This document shows, piece after piece, positions 38,061 to 49,070 of a stretch of DNA of 64,000 nt. Location of the stretch: contig JBBRPR010000001.1 in assembly GCA_038227875.1 (NCBI GenBank), positions 160,001 through 224,000 of the forward strand, written 5' to 3'. The notes below the pieces were generated by a model. That model ran no database searches and had not been told where the DNA came from. It saw only the letters and a program-made list of their open reading frames with translations. This stretch comes from Planctomycetota bacterium (lineage in GTDB: Bacteria > Planctomycetota > SZUA-567 > H5-PLA8). The first letter of the stretch is position 1. Each line of letters starts with the position of its first letter. Both the position numbers and the translations under genes were made by a program.

Positions 38061-39368
38061 ATGATCAACGATTCCGAGAAACGCGTCGTCCATCTGGAAA
38101 TCACTGCCGGTCCTGACAAGGGCCGGATGTTTTTTTTGAAGATGGGCAAAGAGGCCGTGATCGGCCGCGCCGGCACCGCGGATTTGCGCTGCACCGATCC
38201 GGGCGTTTCATCGCGCCACTGTGTTGTCCGCTCTGCTGGTGACATGATTTTTGTGGAGGACCAGAACAGCCGCAACGGCATTCGCGTCAATGGCGAACCG
38301 GCCACTGTCCGCGTGCTCGACAGCGACGGCAAGATTGAACTGGGCAACACCGTTGTCGAATTGAAATGGGTCGTGACCGAAGCCGAAGTGCCGCTGGCCG
38401 CCGTGGATTCCCCGTTTGCGCCGACGCTGATCGAAGGGCAGAAACACGATACGTCCACGTCCGTGCGCACGACTATGACGCGCATTTCCGGCCCCGGATC
38501 GACGATGCTCGAAGAAGCGCAGATGACGGATTTCCGCCACGCCAAGGAGATGCTGGGGCAAACGCTGGCCGGATACCTGCTGCTGGAGCCCATCGGCATT
38601 GGGTCCACCGGTCCGGTGTTCCGCGCCAAGCGCGTCAAAGACCGCGTGGAAGTTGCGTTGAAACTGATTCGAAAAGGCGACGCGAAAACCGCGGAACTGC
38701 TGGCGATCTTCCTGAAAGATACGCGCACGCATCTGGATGTTCCCGGTGCCGCGAATGTGGTTGAGGTGGGCGAAATTGAAAAGTACGCATTTCTCGCCAT
38801 GGACCTCTACCGCGGCCGCGAACTTCAGGCGATCGTCGCCGACAACACCAAGTTCACGCCCGCGCAGATTGTCAAGATCTCCGATCCGCTCTGCGCGACG
38901 CTCGCCGCAGCGCATGCCAAGGGCGTGCTGCACCGCGATATCCGACCCGCCAACATTTTGATCCAGGCCGACAGCACGCCGATCCTGCTGGAACTGGGAC
39001 TTGCGCGTAAACGGAACAACGAAGGCAAGTCGATCTTCAACATCAAAGACGATCCGCTCTCGCGGGTGCGCTACCTCTCGCCGGAGATTACGCGCACCGG
39101 CATGGTCGACGGCCGCGCCGACATGTTCTCGCTGGCCGCCTCGTTCTATTTCGCGGTCACCGGCTCCGCGCCGTTCCACGCGAAAACGCCGATGGAACTC
39201 CTGCGCAAAATCCGCTGGGAAGACGTGGCTCCGCTGGAAGGCGACGGCATTCCCGAAGCGTTCTCCCGAGTCATCTCGCGCGCGCTGATCAAGGAACCGG
39301 AGCAACGGTTCGCGAACGTGACCGATTTTGCGAAAGCGCTGCGCGAATCAGTTCCGACCTCCCATTAA
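38061..39368 (+). CDS. FHA-domain Ser/Thr kinase-like protein (degenerate DFG)
   Basis: FHA IGR...VSSRH...SRNG; kinase GIGSTG, VALK, HRDIRPAN, ELGLA, YLSPE. Confidence 0.88.
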   Translation: MINDSEKRVVHLEITAGPDKGRMFFLKMGKEAVIGRAGTADLRCTDPGVSSRHCVVRSAGDMIFVEDQNSRNGIRVNGEPATVRVLDSDGKIELGNTVVELKWVVTEAEVPLAAVDSPFAPTLIEGQKHDTSTSVRTTMTRISGPGSTMLEEAQMTDFRHAKEMLGQTLAGYLLLEPIGIGSTGPVFRAKRVKDRVEVALKLIRKGDAKTAELLAIFLKDTRTHLDVPGAANVVEVGEIEKYAFLAMDLYRGRELQAIVADNTKFTPAQIVKISDPLCATLAAAHAKGVLHRDIRPANILIQADSTPILLELGLARKRNNEGKSIFNIKDDPLSRVRYLSPEITRTGMVDGRADMFSLAASFYFAVTGSAPFHAKTPMELLRKIRWEDVAPLEGDGIPEAFSRVISRALIKEPEQRFANVTDFAKALRESVPTSH

Positions 39369-39893
39369 GAGGGGCAACTTCAAAACTTATTTTCCTTTAT
39401 GGGGGTCAGCGCTTCCCACGTGGAGTCGTAACTATCGCTGCGAAAATTAAAGAATTTGAACTATTTAATTTCCACGCGTCGGCTTTTTCGATGATGGACG
39501 TTTTAAAAATACGGAATTCAACCATCTCAAAGAAATCGGTCGATCGCTTTGATTGGGCACGCCATTAAGTATTTTTATGCATGATTAATACTCAGAAAGC
39601 GCCTCCCGCGGGCCACATCCATTTCAACAAAAAAGTCAATTCAGACTAGATAAATATAAGCAATTAAAAATTATCGTGTGCCAATCACAGCGAGAAAATC
39701 TCAGCTGAAATGACTTAAGAGCGCTCGTTAGATCTATTCACTTGGCGGATAATTAAGCGCACAATTTGACATGAGTAAAAAAATTTCCGAGTTTGCAGGC
39801 GCAACTAACGCGGGCGCGGCATATCGATAGGTGGTACATAGTTCAAGCGAGAGCCCACAACTTGAACCCGGCGCGCAAAATGCAGGAGCATCG
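39369..39893. promoter_or_regulatory. Long AT-rich intergenic leader of the giant gene
   Basis: ~500 bp visibly AT-rich, with no ORF of 60 aa or more before 39831. Confidence 0.5.
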
Positions 39894-42800
39894 ATGATTT
39901 TAAGTACGACTCAAGTTCGTTGCGCCATCTTCGTCTTCTTCTTTTCATCGTTATTGGTTTTGCCAGCGGCAAAGGCGGAAGTTAGCGATGCCTTTGCGGA
40001 TGGCGGAAAACTAAGAGACGTTTGGACGGAACAGCGCGCAGCAGCAGGTGTTGTCAGTTGCGCGCCGGGCGGTGTCACCCTGAAGGCTGAAGCGCAGACC
40101 GCCATCAGCATCAAACAAAATAATGCCGTCGTGGGGACGGACGATCATCCGTTGCTCGTCGGTGTTTTCATTTCGACGGAAGCTTCCAGTCTCATGCCTG
40201 GCCTTCATATTTATTGGGATAATGACAATCTCATTTCTTTGTTTGGCGTGCAGGATGAAAAATTTCGACTGAGTTGGCGCTCCAACGGAACGGCGTATGC
40301 GCAGGAACTTCCACTGTTCTGGAAGAACGCAGCGCAGACGGGCGTCTATGTGCGGGCACAACTCATCAGTCGAAACGTATTTGTTTCTCTCAGTCTGGAT
40401 GGTTGCAACTGGCGTCAAATTTACGTTTTGAACATGCGTCCCAAAACGGGTGTGGCGCCCAATCGGATCATTCTCGGCCGCGGCGCGATTGGCGCCAAAC
40501 CGGACCTGGCGAACGATGTTCCGGCTGCTGGTAACAAGGTCGTGCAATCGCTCTTCAGGGATTTTCAACTGTATGAAGGTCCAGAAACATTGCCGGCTGA
40601 GCCGTTCGCACTGGATCCGGCGGACTCATGGATCGAAGCAGTGGCGGCGCAGGAGGCCAAAGGCTTTCCGCGCAACTGGACGGTTTTGTCGCCGCATCCC
40701 GATCCCAAATTCGGATTGTTTTTTCGGAAACAGGCACTTGAGGCTGAAACTTCGGACCAGTGGAATGGGCTGAAGGATGAAGCGGGGAAGCCCTACAGTG
40801 AATCCAAGTCAATTACGCTGGGCGACGAAGAAAAAAACAAAAATAGTGTGGATATAGAAGATCTATTTACGCCGGCGACAGGAATTACATTCGCTCGCAC
40901 TGAATTTGAATCTCCGATTACTGGGCCAGCTCTGATTTGGATGAACACCAGCGGCATGGCGGCAATTTATGTCAATAATCGCCAAATCTATACCGATCGT
41001 GAAAACGAGCGGCCCCGAGGTCGTATTTGCGCAGCCGCCGCTTTGAAGAAGGGCGTCAATATCATCAAGGTGAAGCTGAGCAGCGAGCGTCCTCCGCTCC
41101 ATTTTTCATTGCGGGTGGAACGCAACGATGCGCTCTATCGCGTGCAATTTGTAGAGAAATTGGCTCAGCTTTATCCCACTGAAAATAGCTGGCGGCGGGC
41201 GGAGGCCCGCTTGGAATTGGCGCGCCGATATGAACAACTTGGCGATTATTCGACGGCATTGAAGGCGTGGAATTCGGCATTGCTTGCACCGGACGCCGAC
41301 GACGAAGCTCACGTCGCAGCTCTGGAAGGTAAATTGCGCCTATTGGAGAGCTTGCAACATTGGTCCGAATTGGCTCAGGCGGGAGACTCGCTACTTAATT
41401 CGCTTCCTGTCAACATTCGCCACAGCCGCGGTCCGTCTCAAGACCGTGCGTTCCGTGCGTGCGTGCTGGGTTGGCTGATGTCCAGTCAGCAACCCGCGGC
41501 ACAAGGATGTGTGGATCAGTGGCTTGCTCAGGTGGGCAAGGACGCCGTGGCGGCGGAATGGATTTTGCGGACCTGGGCGGCAGCGGCGGAGTCTGCAAAT
41601 TTGCCGAATTTAAAGATCGCGGCGCTCAATCAGCTCGCGCATTTATCGAAAGCAACACCGTTGATCCGCACGCGCGCAGCGTTCGAGGCGGCGTTGCTCC
41701 AGGCATCTCCCTCTCAAAAAACAGGCAATGGCGAAGACAACCTGAAGAACGCCAGTCTTGCGGCGCAGTCTGGTGTCCACGAAATTCTCACGGCAACAGG
41801 CGGGGGCGGCCCACAGCTGACCGAGTGGGCTCGGCAGGCGGATGAGGATTTCAAAGCCGGCAAGTTTGAGCGTGCTCTCGCTGGATATTGGGGCGTGGGC
41901 GTGATGGGTCTGCCACTCGTGGCGCATCCTGCTCAAACTGAATTTGTGCTGAACAAAGCATATGCGCTTCCGGAACTTGGCGTGGATCCGGCAACCCGGC
42001 AGCGACGCGAGTATTCAAACCAAGTGGAGCAGGATTCCTTCAAAATCTTCGATGCGGCCACGGGCGATGCGCCCTGGCAGGGCGCCGGCTGGCGGGCGAT
42101 AGGTCCTTTTGACAATACAAATGGGATCGCGGAGCGGACGGACCAGGGGCCGGAGAATGATGTCGATTTTACCGGTAAGCATCCCGGACGCGGCGGAGAG
42201 CGAGCGTGGTGTGACCTGAATCCCGCGGATCTGAATTACGGAGTTGGTCCCTACACCAAGGAAATCGGCGACGCGCGGGGTGGGGTGGTCTATCTGGGGC
42301 GGGAATTCCTGGTTCCTGGCAATGACGGCGGTCCGCCTGTTAATTTGACATTATTTTTGTCAGTCACAAGCGCATGGACTGTGTGGGTTGACGGTAAAAA
42401 GATTTCATCAATAAATGTCGACTATTATCAAATCGATAAGAATCAGATTCCACTTCAACTGTCTCCCGGTAAGCATCGATTTTTGCTGAAGGCGCCGGTT
42501 GTCAATCAGCTTTTATTCTCCGCGCGTTTCGGAATTGAGAAGGAGCCCGCCCGACAATTGCTTCGCGTGGCGTGGCTGCGGCGTGAGTTTCCACAGAACA
42601 CGATGGCGATTCAGTCGCTGATGGAATCCTGGAAGAACAGCCTGCCGATCGACACTTATGAAGCGTGCGCTCCGCTCGCATCGCTGGAACCCGGCACGCC
42701 GGAGTGGGGCGTCGCTCTGTACATGAACATTGTTTCCCGCAATGGGACCGGAGCAATCACCCTCGGAAAATGGCTGTTGGACAGAACAAATACAATTACG

Positions 42801-45800
42801 TTTTCGAATTCCGATCTGGCATGGCGAGTAAACCAGCTGTTGTTTGACGTGTACCGTAACCACTGCGATCTCGCGGACTGCGACGCATTGCTTGCGCAAT
42901 TCATCAATCGGCACCCGGAGCAACCCGAAGCAGCCGTCGCGCTGGCCTTGCGCGGAGCGGTGCGTCAGGATTTCAGGCTGGCACCCGAACTCGCGCGCCA
43001 TTACGTGCGATTGGTTTACGAATACCCCTGGTTAGTTGAAAATGGATACCACCATATTCTTGCCGGGTTGCATGGAGCCAGCACGTATGCACCGGATCGT
43101 CATTTGTTTGACGCCGAATCAAATGAACGGGCGCAAACTGCATTTGAAGCCGCCACACGCCAGATCCACGAAAAGCACGATGATGCTGCCAAGCATGCCC
43201 TTGAGGAGTTGCTCAGCAGCTTGCGTGCAGGCTCCGGCGGATTAATTCGCGTTGGCAATATGTACGCGAGCCCGCGGGAGGCATTGCGCCTGCTCGTATC
43301 AGCTTTGCCTGCGGAAATGCGCACATTTTATATCGAGCAGACTACGCATGACGCCGATTTGCAATTACTTCGCGCCAGTTCGGCAGGTACCGCGAGTGCC
43401 TACGAATCGGCGGAGGCGGACTTTCCATTTACAGAGGCCGGTGCGCAGTCCTTAAATCAGGCGGGAAATGTTTATCTGGACCGCGGCGCCTTTCAGGAAG
43501 CGAGCGCTGTCTTCTTCAGGCTTGCGCAGGACTATCGAGGATTAAATGGATTCTCTGCGCCAATTGTGCAGGCCAAGCTGGCATGGGCGCAAATCAAGAG
43601 CGGCGCGAAAGACGGCGCACTCGCTACGGCTCAGGAACTGGTCCAAAAATATGGCGCCGAGAAATTCAAGCTGGGTGGAAAGGAAGTATCAGGTTCCGAA
43701 TTCGCCGAACGCATTCAATTGGCTGCAAAGCAGTTGAACGATGCCGGCCGCTACGGCCTCACACATCTGGCCAACATTCAGCGCACGGGTCCGCCGGCTA
43801 CCGCCGGTTCAAGCGCCGCGCCGATGCTGGCCTTGCGCTGGGCGCTTCCGCTGTCACCTTCCGCTTCCATGGCACGTGCGCGGGAGACCTTTCCGCCCGA
43901 TCTATTTCCCCACATTCAATCCAATCCTGTGATTTCAGAGGGTCGCGTATTTATTGGCGCACAGGAATGGATCCAAGCCATCGACCTTAAGTCTGGTCGA
44001 ATGCTCTGGCGCGCTGATGGAGCTCTGCCCAGCTTTCCCACTTCACATACTTTTAGTGGATTTCCAGTAAGCAGTCCCACTGTTCAAAACGGGCGCGTCT
44101 ATCTGCGATTCAAAGAAATCGGTCAGTCCGAATTGCAATGCCGCGAAGCAGAAAGTGGGCGAGTTCTGTGGAACTCCGCTGCCATTCCAGAACTCAGCAA
44201 GGTGATCTGGCTCAACGATCCGGTGGTGACCGACGGTGTTGCTGCGGGCGTCTTTATCGAGCAAGGCGAATGGAATTGGAATTCGCACGGTATTGCCGCA
44301 ATCGACGCTCAGACGGGCAAACTGCGTTGGAAGCGGCACCTGGTTACGGGAATTACCGGCGTGACGGTATACCGGGATCAATCCAAGGACAGCTACGCGT
44401 CCTCTCTGCAATTGGGACCCGCAGCCGCCGACAAGGGACTTATCTATACACCGACGGGATTGAATTCCTTTGCCGCAGTTTATGCGCAAAGCGGCGACGT
44501 GGCATGGGCCGTAACCTATCCGCGGTTGGAGACAGGATATTTTGATAACGCCCTTTCCGGAGATCTGACGCGGCGCTTTAAGAAAGTGCTGGGACGCGGC
44601 CTCGTTTCTCCGATGGTCTGTGGCGATGTTGTGCTCTTCGCGCCGAAAGATAACACAGGGGTCATCGCGCTGGATCGAAGCACCGGCGCCACTCTTTGGC
44701 ACAAGGAATTGCAGGACAATCCATTTTTTTGCGGCGTGTGCGACGGCAATGCACTACTGGCAGACACTACCGTCCGAGCAGTTGCCACGAAGACCGGATG
44801 GACGGCATGGGAATCAACGCTCGAAGACGACGAACTCTTTGGCCAGCCGGGATTCGACGGCGGCATGATGTACGTTCCGGGACGGCGAGCGCTGCATTTC
44901 ATCGATGCGCGGAGCGGAAAGAAATTGGGCCGGATGGAGTGGGACCGGACGACGGGACCTCTCGCGGCGCTTCAGGTCGGTGGCACGTCAATCATCGGAG
45001 CAGGGGAGCACCTTGCTGCTGCACTGGAAATCGGACAGGCAATACCGAACGGTCCCGAAATCTCGCTGCTGGAGGCTCAAGCGCTCGCGCTTCATGGGAA
45101 TAGCGACGCGGCACTCGAGCGATTCGCGGCTGCGGCGAAGGCCTCGGCGAGCGACGAACTTCCGCGCTACCTGTCGGCATGGGTTCGCGCTGCTGCGTTG
45201 GCCGGTAAAGGCGAGGGCGCGCTGGCCGCGGCCCGCGAACTGCTTGCAGACAAGCCAGAGCAACTGGATTGCGCTTCCGTGGCGTGGTCTGTCTCGCGGA
45301 CGGCGCTGCTCGAGGGCCTGGCTGCGTTCGCGTCCGCTGCGCCGGCCAAAGCAGAGGTGGAATTGGGAATTCCAGCAGCACAACGCTCGGGGCCCTGGGT
45401 TACTGCCCGCTATTTTGAAGGCGACAATTGCGAAATCTTCGATCCGCCGGGGCCGCCATCGGGCCGGTTCTATTTCCGCGCGGGATCCTCTTTCTATTGT
45501 GTCAAAACCAACCCTTTAGCCGATCTGTTGTGGAGAACGAGTATTGGAAGCGATACGGCGATTTGCAAATTTGGCGCGGGCTACGTGTTGCTCGCCAGCG
45601 GAATTCATGTCACAATTCTTGACCGGTTGACCGGCGAACCTGTCTGGAAATTGGATCGCCCCTATTTCAATCGCAGTCTATTCAATTACATTGACGAACG
45701 TTCAATAACGGATGCTGCGATCGACAATGAGTCTCTCGTCCTGGTCCTGCGCGACGTTTTGTACGTCTACGACATGCGCACTCACGCCCTTCGCTGGACC

Positions 45801-48800
45801 AACGCGCGATCCACGCGTCGTTCGTTATGCGTGGACCTTATCGATGGAAAGCTCGCGGAGTTCACCAGTCCCGGACAAAACGATCAAGAAGGATTTCTGA
45901 CTCATTACGACCTCCAAAGCGGTGCGGTGATGACCACGGCCGCGATGGGAAAAGTCAACGAGAACGCGTGGGGCCGGTGTTCGGCCGATCACAAGTATTT
46001 TGTATTCCAGCCGAACAACCACACGCTGGTCTCGGTGGACGTGGTCAAATGCGCCAGGATCGGTGAAATTCAGGTGCCGCCATTGAATCCGGGCGAAACC
46101 CCTTGGATGCATGCCCGGTTTTCAGGCCACGTCCTGCGTTATTCCGGTTCGGAAAAGAACTGGATGACCGTCGGATTCGATGCGGAGACGGCCAAACAGG
46201 TTTACAAAATTCCGGGTCTTAATTTTGCAGTCGGGCAGAGCTTCGTCAAATTCGGCGGGGCGCAGAATGCAGAGACGCTCGTCCGCCTCGACGCTGATGC
46301 CGACGGCACACTCAAAGAAACGTGGCAAGGAGCTCCGCTGCCTGGCCATTTGGTGCAGAGCCACTACGCGCTGAACGCGGTGGTCCAGGACAACAAGGTA
46401 AACGTTTTCTTTGCACATGGATATCGCGGTGGAAACCGGTCGGATTTATTTGTGCTGCGCACATTTGATTGGGGCAGCGGACAGATGCAGTCCAATACCG
46501 TGGTGCCGGGAGTCGGATTCCGGAATCCGGGTTTATGGTATCGGGACTGTGTTGAATTTCCCGGCGGACTGATCGCTTACGGTGCGCTCGAAGGGGTTTA
46601 CGTGCTGGCACCGGCGGGTGCGGCGAAAGACGAGAGCGTATCCCACCTGCGCGAAGCGCTCGCAGATCCAAAGTTGCCCAGCACCAATCGGAAACAGGCT
46701 GCGCGGGAGTTGATGAGCCTGGATGCGCCAGTTCTGAAGGCATTCAACGTTCCGGCGTCGTCGCTTTCGAACGGCGTTTTTCTATCTCGCGGCACCACGT
46801 GGAATCCGGCCGACGCCGTTCCGATCGAAGGCCCAATCCAAGTCGTGCCGTTGAACGAATCGACAGCGAGCGACTGGAGTGGACCTGCTGACCTTTCTGC
46901 GAAGCTTTACGCGACGTGGAGCAGTTCTCACGTCATGATTGCGATCGACGTTCGGGATGATCACTTCGTTCCGCCGGCGCCCGGACTGCCGCTTCACAGC
47001 GGCGATAGCGTTCGCATTGCGCTCAATTCAAATGCGGATCCGGAAGCGCTCTTCGGCGTCTCCGATTCGATGATTTTCGACATGGCGCTGGTAGAGGGCC
47101 AGACAGTCGTGCGAACCTACGCCGACCGCGGCAATGAAATGACCGACCGGCCCCTGGGTCGCATCGCCAGCCTTCCAGACAATTCGGGGGTCCGATATGA
47201 GTTGGCGTTGCCGTGGAGCTTCCTGCGTCCCGACGCTCAGCACCGGCCAGGAAATTTGAAAGAGCTGCGGCTCTCGGCGGCTGTATATGACAACGACGGC
47301 CAGGGCACGCGGGATGCGCTGGAGTGGGGCGGTGGAATAGTCCATGCCGATAACAGACCAGCCTCGCTGCAGTTGCCGTCCATGGGCGTGCTGTCGCTGG
47401 TGGATGTCTCTCGCGACAAGATCGAACGCCTGCGTACCGTAATCGACAAGCTTCCCGATGCGCCGCAGATTCCGCATTTCCTGGATATGATCAATATGAC
47501 CAAGCGCGGCACGCAGGTGCTGCAGGATCAGGCAGCGGAAATGGAAGGATTCCTCAAGTCGCATCCCACCGCCCTCAATTGCAACCGGGCGCTCAGCCGA
47601 TTGATTTACGTCCATGAGAAAATGGGTGACAAGGATGCTGCGGGGAAGGCTCTGGAATCCGCCAAGGCGGCGCGGTGTTCAACCGAGACGCTGGCGGATG
47701 CGGCAAAAGTTTTCCGAGTCTGGGTGATGCCGGGCGAAAAGAACCCTCCACAAATGATCATGGTTCAATTTAAGAGCAACGAAAAGCCGCAGCGGGGCGA
47801 ACCGCCGGTGGCGCGAGGTTATTGGGGCGTCGTTGCCGAAAGAATGGGGCACGAGGACACCCCGTCTCAGAAGCGATTGGGCTCGATGCCCAAGCCAGGG
47901 CAGTGGACACTGCTGGAGATTCGGGCGATCGATCTGGAGATCGAATCGTGGGACATGGCGTCCATTACCTTTTCTGTCTCAGGTGGACAAGCCTGGTTTG
48001 ATCGCGCCTCCATCTCTGCCGATGGCAAGGAATCGGTGCTGATCGAAAACGCGCTGGGTTCGCAATATAAACTTGAGGGTCCGCTCCAGTTTTCAGACAC
48101 GCCTAAACGCGCCGATGCCAAACCGTTTACGCTGGGTGTTTCAACTCACCTGACGAATGCGACGCTCACAGCTGCAGGTCCTGTCTTCAGCTTCCGCTCA
48201 GCTGCTGCGAAGAGCGGTCGCGCATTGGATCCCGCGTTGTTGCGAGAAGCGGCTGGGATTCTTTCGGATGCGCCGGAGGGGCTTTTGTTCCTGAAGCAAA
48301 TTCTGGAGGCGTACGGCTCCGAAGCGGCTGCGCGGAAAAACTACATCGACGAATGTGAGAATTATCTCGTCGCCAACCCGGGCACGATACACGCCGTGGT
48401 CATACTGAAGGATTTTCTCATGCGCGCGTACGGGGAGAACGCGCTGCAAAAATGTGAAGCCGCAATGGAAAAGGCAAGACTGCCTCGTGCAACCCAACGA
48501 GAGTTCCATCGCGAGGTCTCACCAGCGTGGACGTCGTATCAGATCTTCGGTCCCTTTCCTGCTGAAGGTGGCCAGCCCGCCAACGGCGGAAAAATTCGCC
48601 CTGACGGTGAGTTGGATTTACATGGCACGGGTATCGGAATTGGCAATCAGACTGTAAGCTGGACGCGCTTTGGTATCGACGATCCGAAAAGTAACGGATA
48701 CGTCAACTTAAGCCCCCTGATCAAGTCGGCCTCCGATGCCGCCAACCTCGATGCCGAAGCGAAAGAGCGGCTGTTGTCGGGCTGTTGCGCGTACGCTTAT

Positions 48801-49070
48801 CTTGAAGTCACCGTGCCCAGCCGGCGGAACGCAGTGCTCTTTTTCGGCGCGCATGATTCCATCAGCATCTGGGTCAACAAAAAGAAAGAGGTGTCGGACG
48901 CCAGCAACGGTGGATACAAGGACATGACCTCAAAAGACACCGTACTGAATGCCGGAGTGAACAAGATTGTGATTCTGTGCAGCGGACGCGACAACCGTCT
49001 CGGCTTCTTCTTCAGGATTGCAGACGAAAACGGCCGGCCGTTCGATGACCTCACGCTGCAAAAAAATTAA
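39894..49070 (+). CDS. Giant secreted multidomain protein (TPR, PQQ-type beta-propellers, CBM9-like and repeated beta-sandwich domains)
   Basis: AGGAG SD before ATG 39894; signal peptide ending AKA; TPR-like helices; AIDLKSGRMLW / AIDAQTGKLRW repeats; DLSAKLYATW...IDVRDD; three W..IGPF...VWV.G...L..G.N units. Confidence 0.85.
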   Translation: MILSTTQVRCAIFVFFFSSLLVLPAAKAEVSDAFADGGKLRDVWTEQRAAAGVVSCAPGGVTLKAEAQTAISIKQNNAVVGTDDHPLLVGVFISTEASSLMPGLHIYWDNDNLISLFGVQDEKFRLSWRSNGTAYAQELPLFWKNAAQTGVYVRAQLISRNVFVSLSLDGCNWRQIYVLNMRPKTGVAPNRIILGRGAIGAKPDLANDVPAAGNKVVQSLFRDFQLYEGPETLPAEPFALDPADSWIEAVAAQEAKGFPRNWTVLSPHPDPKFGLFFRKQALEAETSDQWNGLKDEAGKPYSESKSITLGDEEKNKNSVDIEDLFTPATGITFARTEFESPITGPALIWMNTSGMAAIYVNNRQIYTDRENERPRGRICAAAALKKGVNIIKVKLSSERPPLHFSLRVERNDALYRVQFVEKLAQLYPTENSWRRAEARLELARRYEQLGDYSTALKAWNSALLAPDADDEAHVAALEGKLRLLESLQHWSELAQAGDSLLNSLPVNIRHSRGPSQDRAFRACVLGWLMSSQQPAAQGCVDQWLAQVGKDAVAAEWILRTWAAAAESANLPNLKIAALNQLAHLSKATPLIRTRAAFEAALLQASPSQKTGNGEDNLKNASLAAQSGVHEILTATGGGGPQLTEWARQADEDFKAGKFERALAGYWGVGVMGLPLVAHPAQTEFVLNKAYALPELGVDPATRQRREYSNQVEQDSFKIFDAATGDAPWQGAGWRAIGPFDNTNGIAERTDQGPENDVDFTGKHPGRGGERAWCDLNPADLNYGVGPYTKEIGDARGGVVYLGREFLVPGNDGGPPVNLTLFLSVTSAWTVWVDGKKISSINVDYYQIDKNQIPLQLSPGKHRFLLKAPVVNQLLFSARFGIEKEPARQLLRVAWLRREFPQNTMAIQSLMESWKNSLPIDTYEACAPLASLEPGTPEWGVALYMNIVSRNGTGAITLGKWLLDRTNTITFSNSDLAWRVNQLLFDVYRNHCDLADCDALLAQFINRHPEQPEAAVALALRGAVRQDFRLAPELARHYVRLVYEYPWLVENGYHHILAGLHGASTYAPDRHLFDAESNERAQTAFEAATRQIHEKHDDAAKHALEELLSSLRAGSGGLIRVGNMYASPREALRLLVSALPAEMRTFYIEQTTHDADLQLLRASSAGTASAYESAEADFPFTEAGAQSLNQAGNVYLDRGAFQEASAVFFRLAQDYRGLNGFSAPIVQAKLAWAQIKSGAKDGALATAQELVQKYGAEKFKLGGKEVSGSEFAERIQLAAKQLNDAGRYGLTHLANIQRTGPPATAGSSAAPMLALRWALPLSPSASMARARETFPPDLFPHIQSNPVISEGRVFIGAQEWIQAIDLKSGRMLWRADGALPSFPTSHTFSGFPVSSPTVQNGRVYLRFKEIGQSELQCREAESGRVLWNSAAIPELSKVIWLNDPVVTDGVAAGVFIEQGEWNWNSHGIAAIDAQTGKLRWKRHLVTGITGVTVYRDQSKDSYASSLQLGPAAADKGLIYTPTGLNSFAAVYAQSGDVAWAVTYPRLETGYFDNALSGDLTRRFKKVLGRGLVSPMVCGDVVLFAPKDNTGVIALDRSTGATLWHKELQDNPFFCGVCDGNALLADTTVRAVATKTGWTAWESTLEDDELFGQPGFDGGMMYVPGRRALHFIDARSGKKLGRMEWDRTTGPLAALQVGGTSIIGAGEHLAAALEIGQAIPNGPEISLLEAQALALHGNSDAALERFAAAAKASASDELPRYLSAWVRAAALAGKGEGALAAARELLADKPEQLDCASVAWSVSRTALLEGLAAFASAAPAKAEVELGIPAAQRSGPWVTARYFEGDNCEIFDPPGPPSGRFYFRAGSSFYCVKTNPLADLLWRTSIGSDTAICKFGAGYVLLASGIHVTILDRLTGEPVWKLDRPYFNRSLFNYIDERSITDAAIDNESLVLVLRDVLYVYDMRTHALRWTNARSTRRSLCVDLIDGKLAEFTSPGQNDQEGFLTHYDLQSGAVMTTAAMGKVNENAWGRCSADHKYFVFQPNNHTLVSVDVVKCARIGEIQVPPLNPGETPWMHARFSGHVLRYSGSEKNWMTVGFDAETAKQVYKIPGLNFAVGQSFVKFGGAQNAETLVRLDADADGTLKETWQGAPLPGHLVQSHYALNAVVQDNKVNVFFAHGYRGGNRSDLFVLRTFDWGSGQMQSNTVVPGVGFRNPGLWYRDCVEFPGGLIAYGALEGVYVLAPAGAAKDESVSHLREALADPKLPSTNRKQAARELMSLDAPVLKAFNVPASSLSNGVFLSRGTTWNPADAVPIEGPIQVVPLNESTASDWSGPADLSAKLYATWSSSHVMIAIDVRDDHFVPPAPGLPLHSGDSVRIALNSNADPEALFGVSDSMIFDMALVEGQTVVRTYADRGNEMTDRPLGRIASLPDNSGVRYELALPWSFLRPDAQHRPGNLKELRLSAAVYDNDGQGTRDALEWGGGIVHADNRPASLQLPSMGVLSLVDVSRDKIERLRTVIDKLPDAPQIPHFLDMINMTKRGTQVLQDQAAEMEGFLKSHPTALNCNRALSRLIYVHEKMGDKDAAGKALESAKAARCSTETLADAAKVFRVWVMPGEKNPPQMIMVQFKSNEKPQRGEPPVARGYWGVVAERMGHEDTPSQKRLGSMPKPGQWTLLEIRAIDLEIESWDMASITFSVSGGQAWFDRASISADGKESVLIENALGSQYKLEGPLQFSDTPKRADAKPFTLGVSTHLTNATLTAAGPVFSFRSAAAKSGRALDPALLREAAGILSDAPEGLLFLKQILEAYGSEAAARKNYIDECENYLVANPGTIHAVVILKDFLMRAYGENALQKCEAAMEKARLPRATQREFHREVSPAWTSYQIFGPFPAEGGQPANGGKIRPDGELDLHGTGIGIGNQTVSWTRFGIDDPKSNGYVNLSPLIKSASDAANLDAEAKERLLSGCCAYAYLEVTVPSRRNAVLFFGAHDSISIWVNKKKEVSDASNGGYKDMTSKDTVLNAGVNKIVILCSGRDNRLGFFFRIADENGRPFDDLTLQKN

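Noticed and set aside
39412..39427. parS-like site around CCACGTGG
   Set aside because: Only the 8-bp core matches; the flanks do not fit TGTTTCACGTGAAACA.
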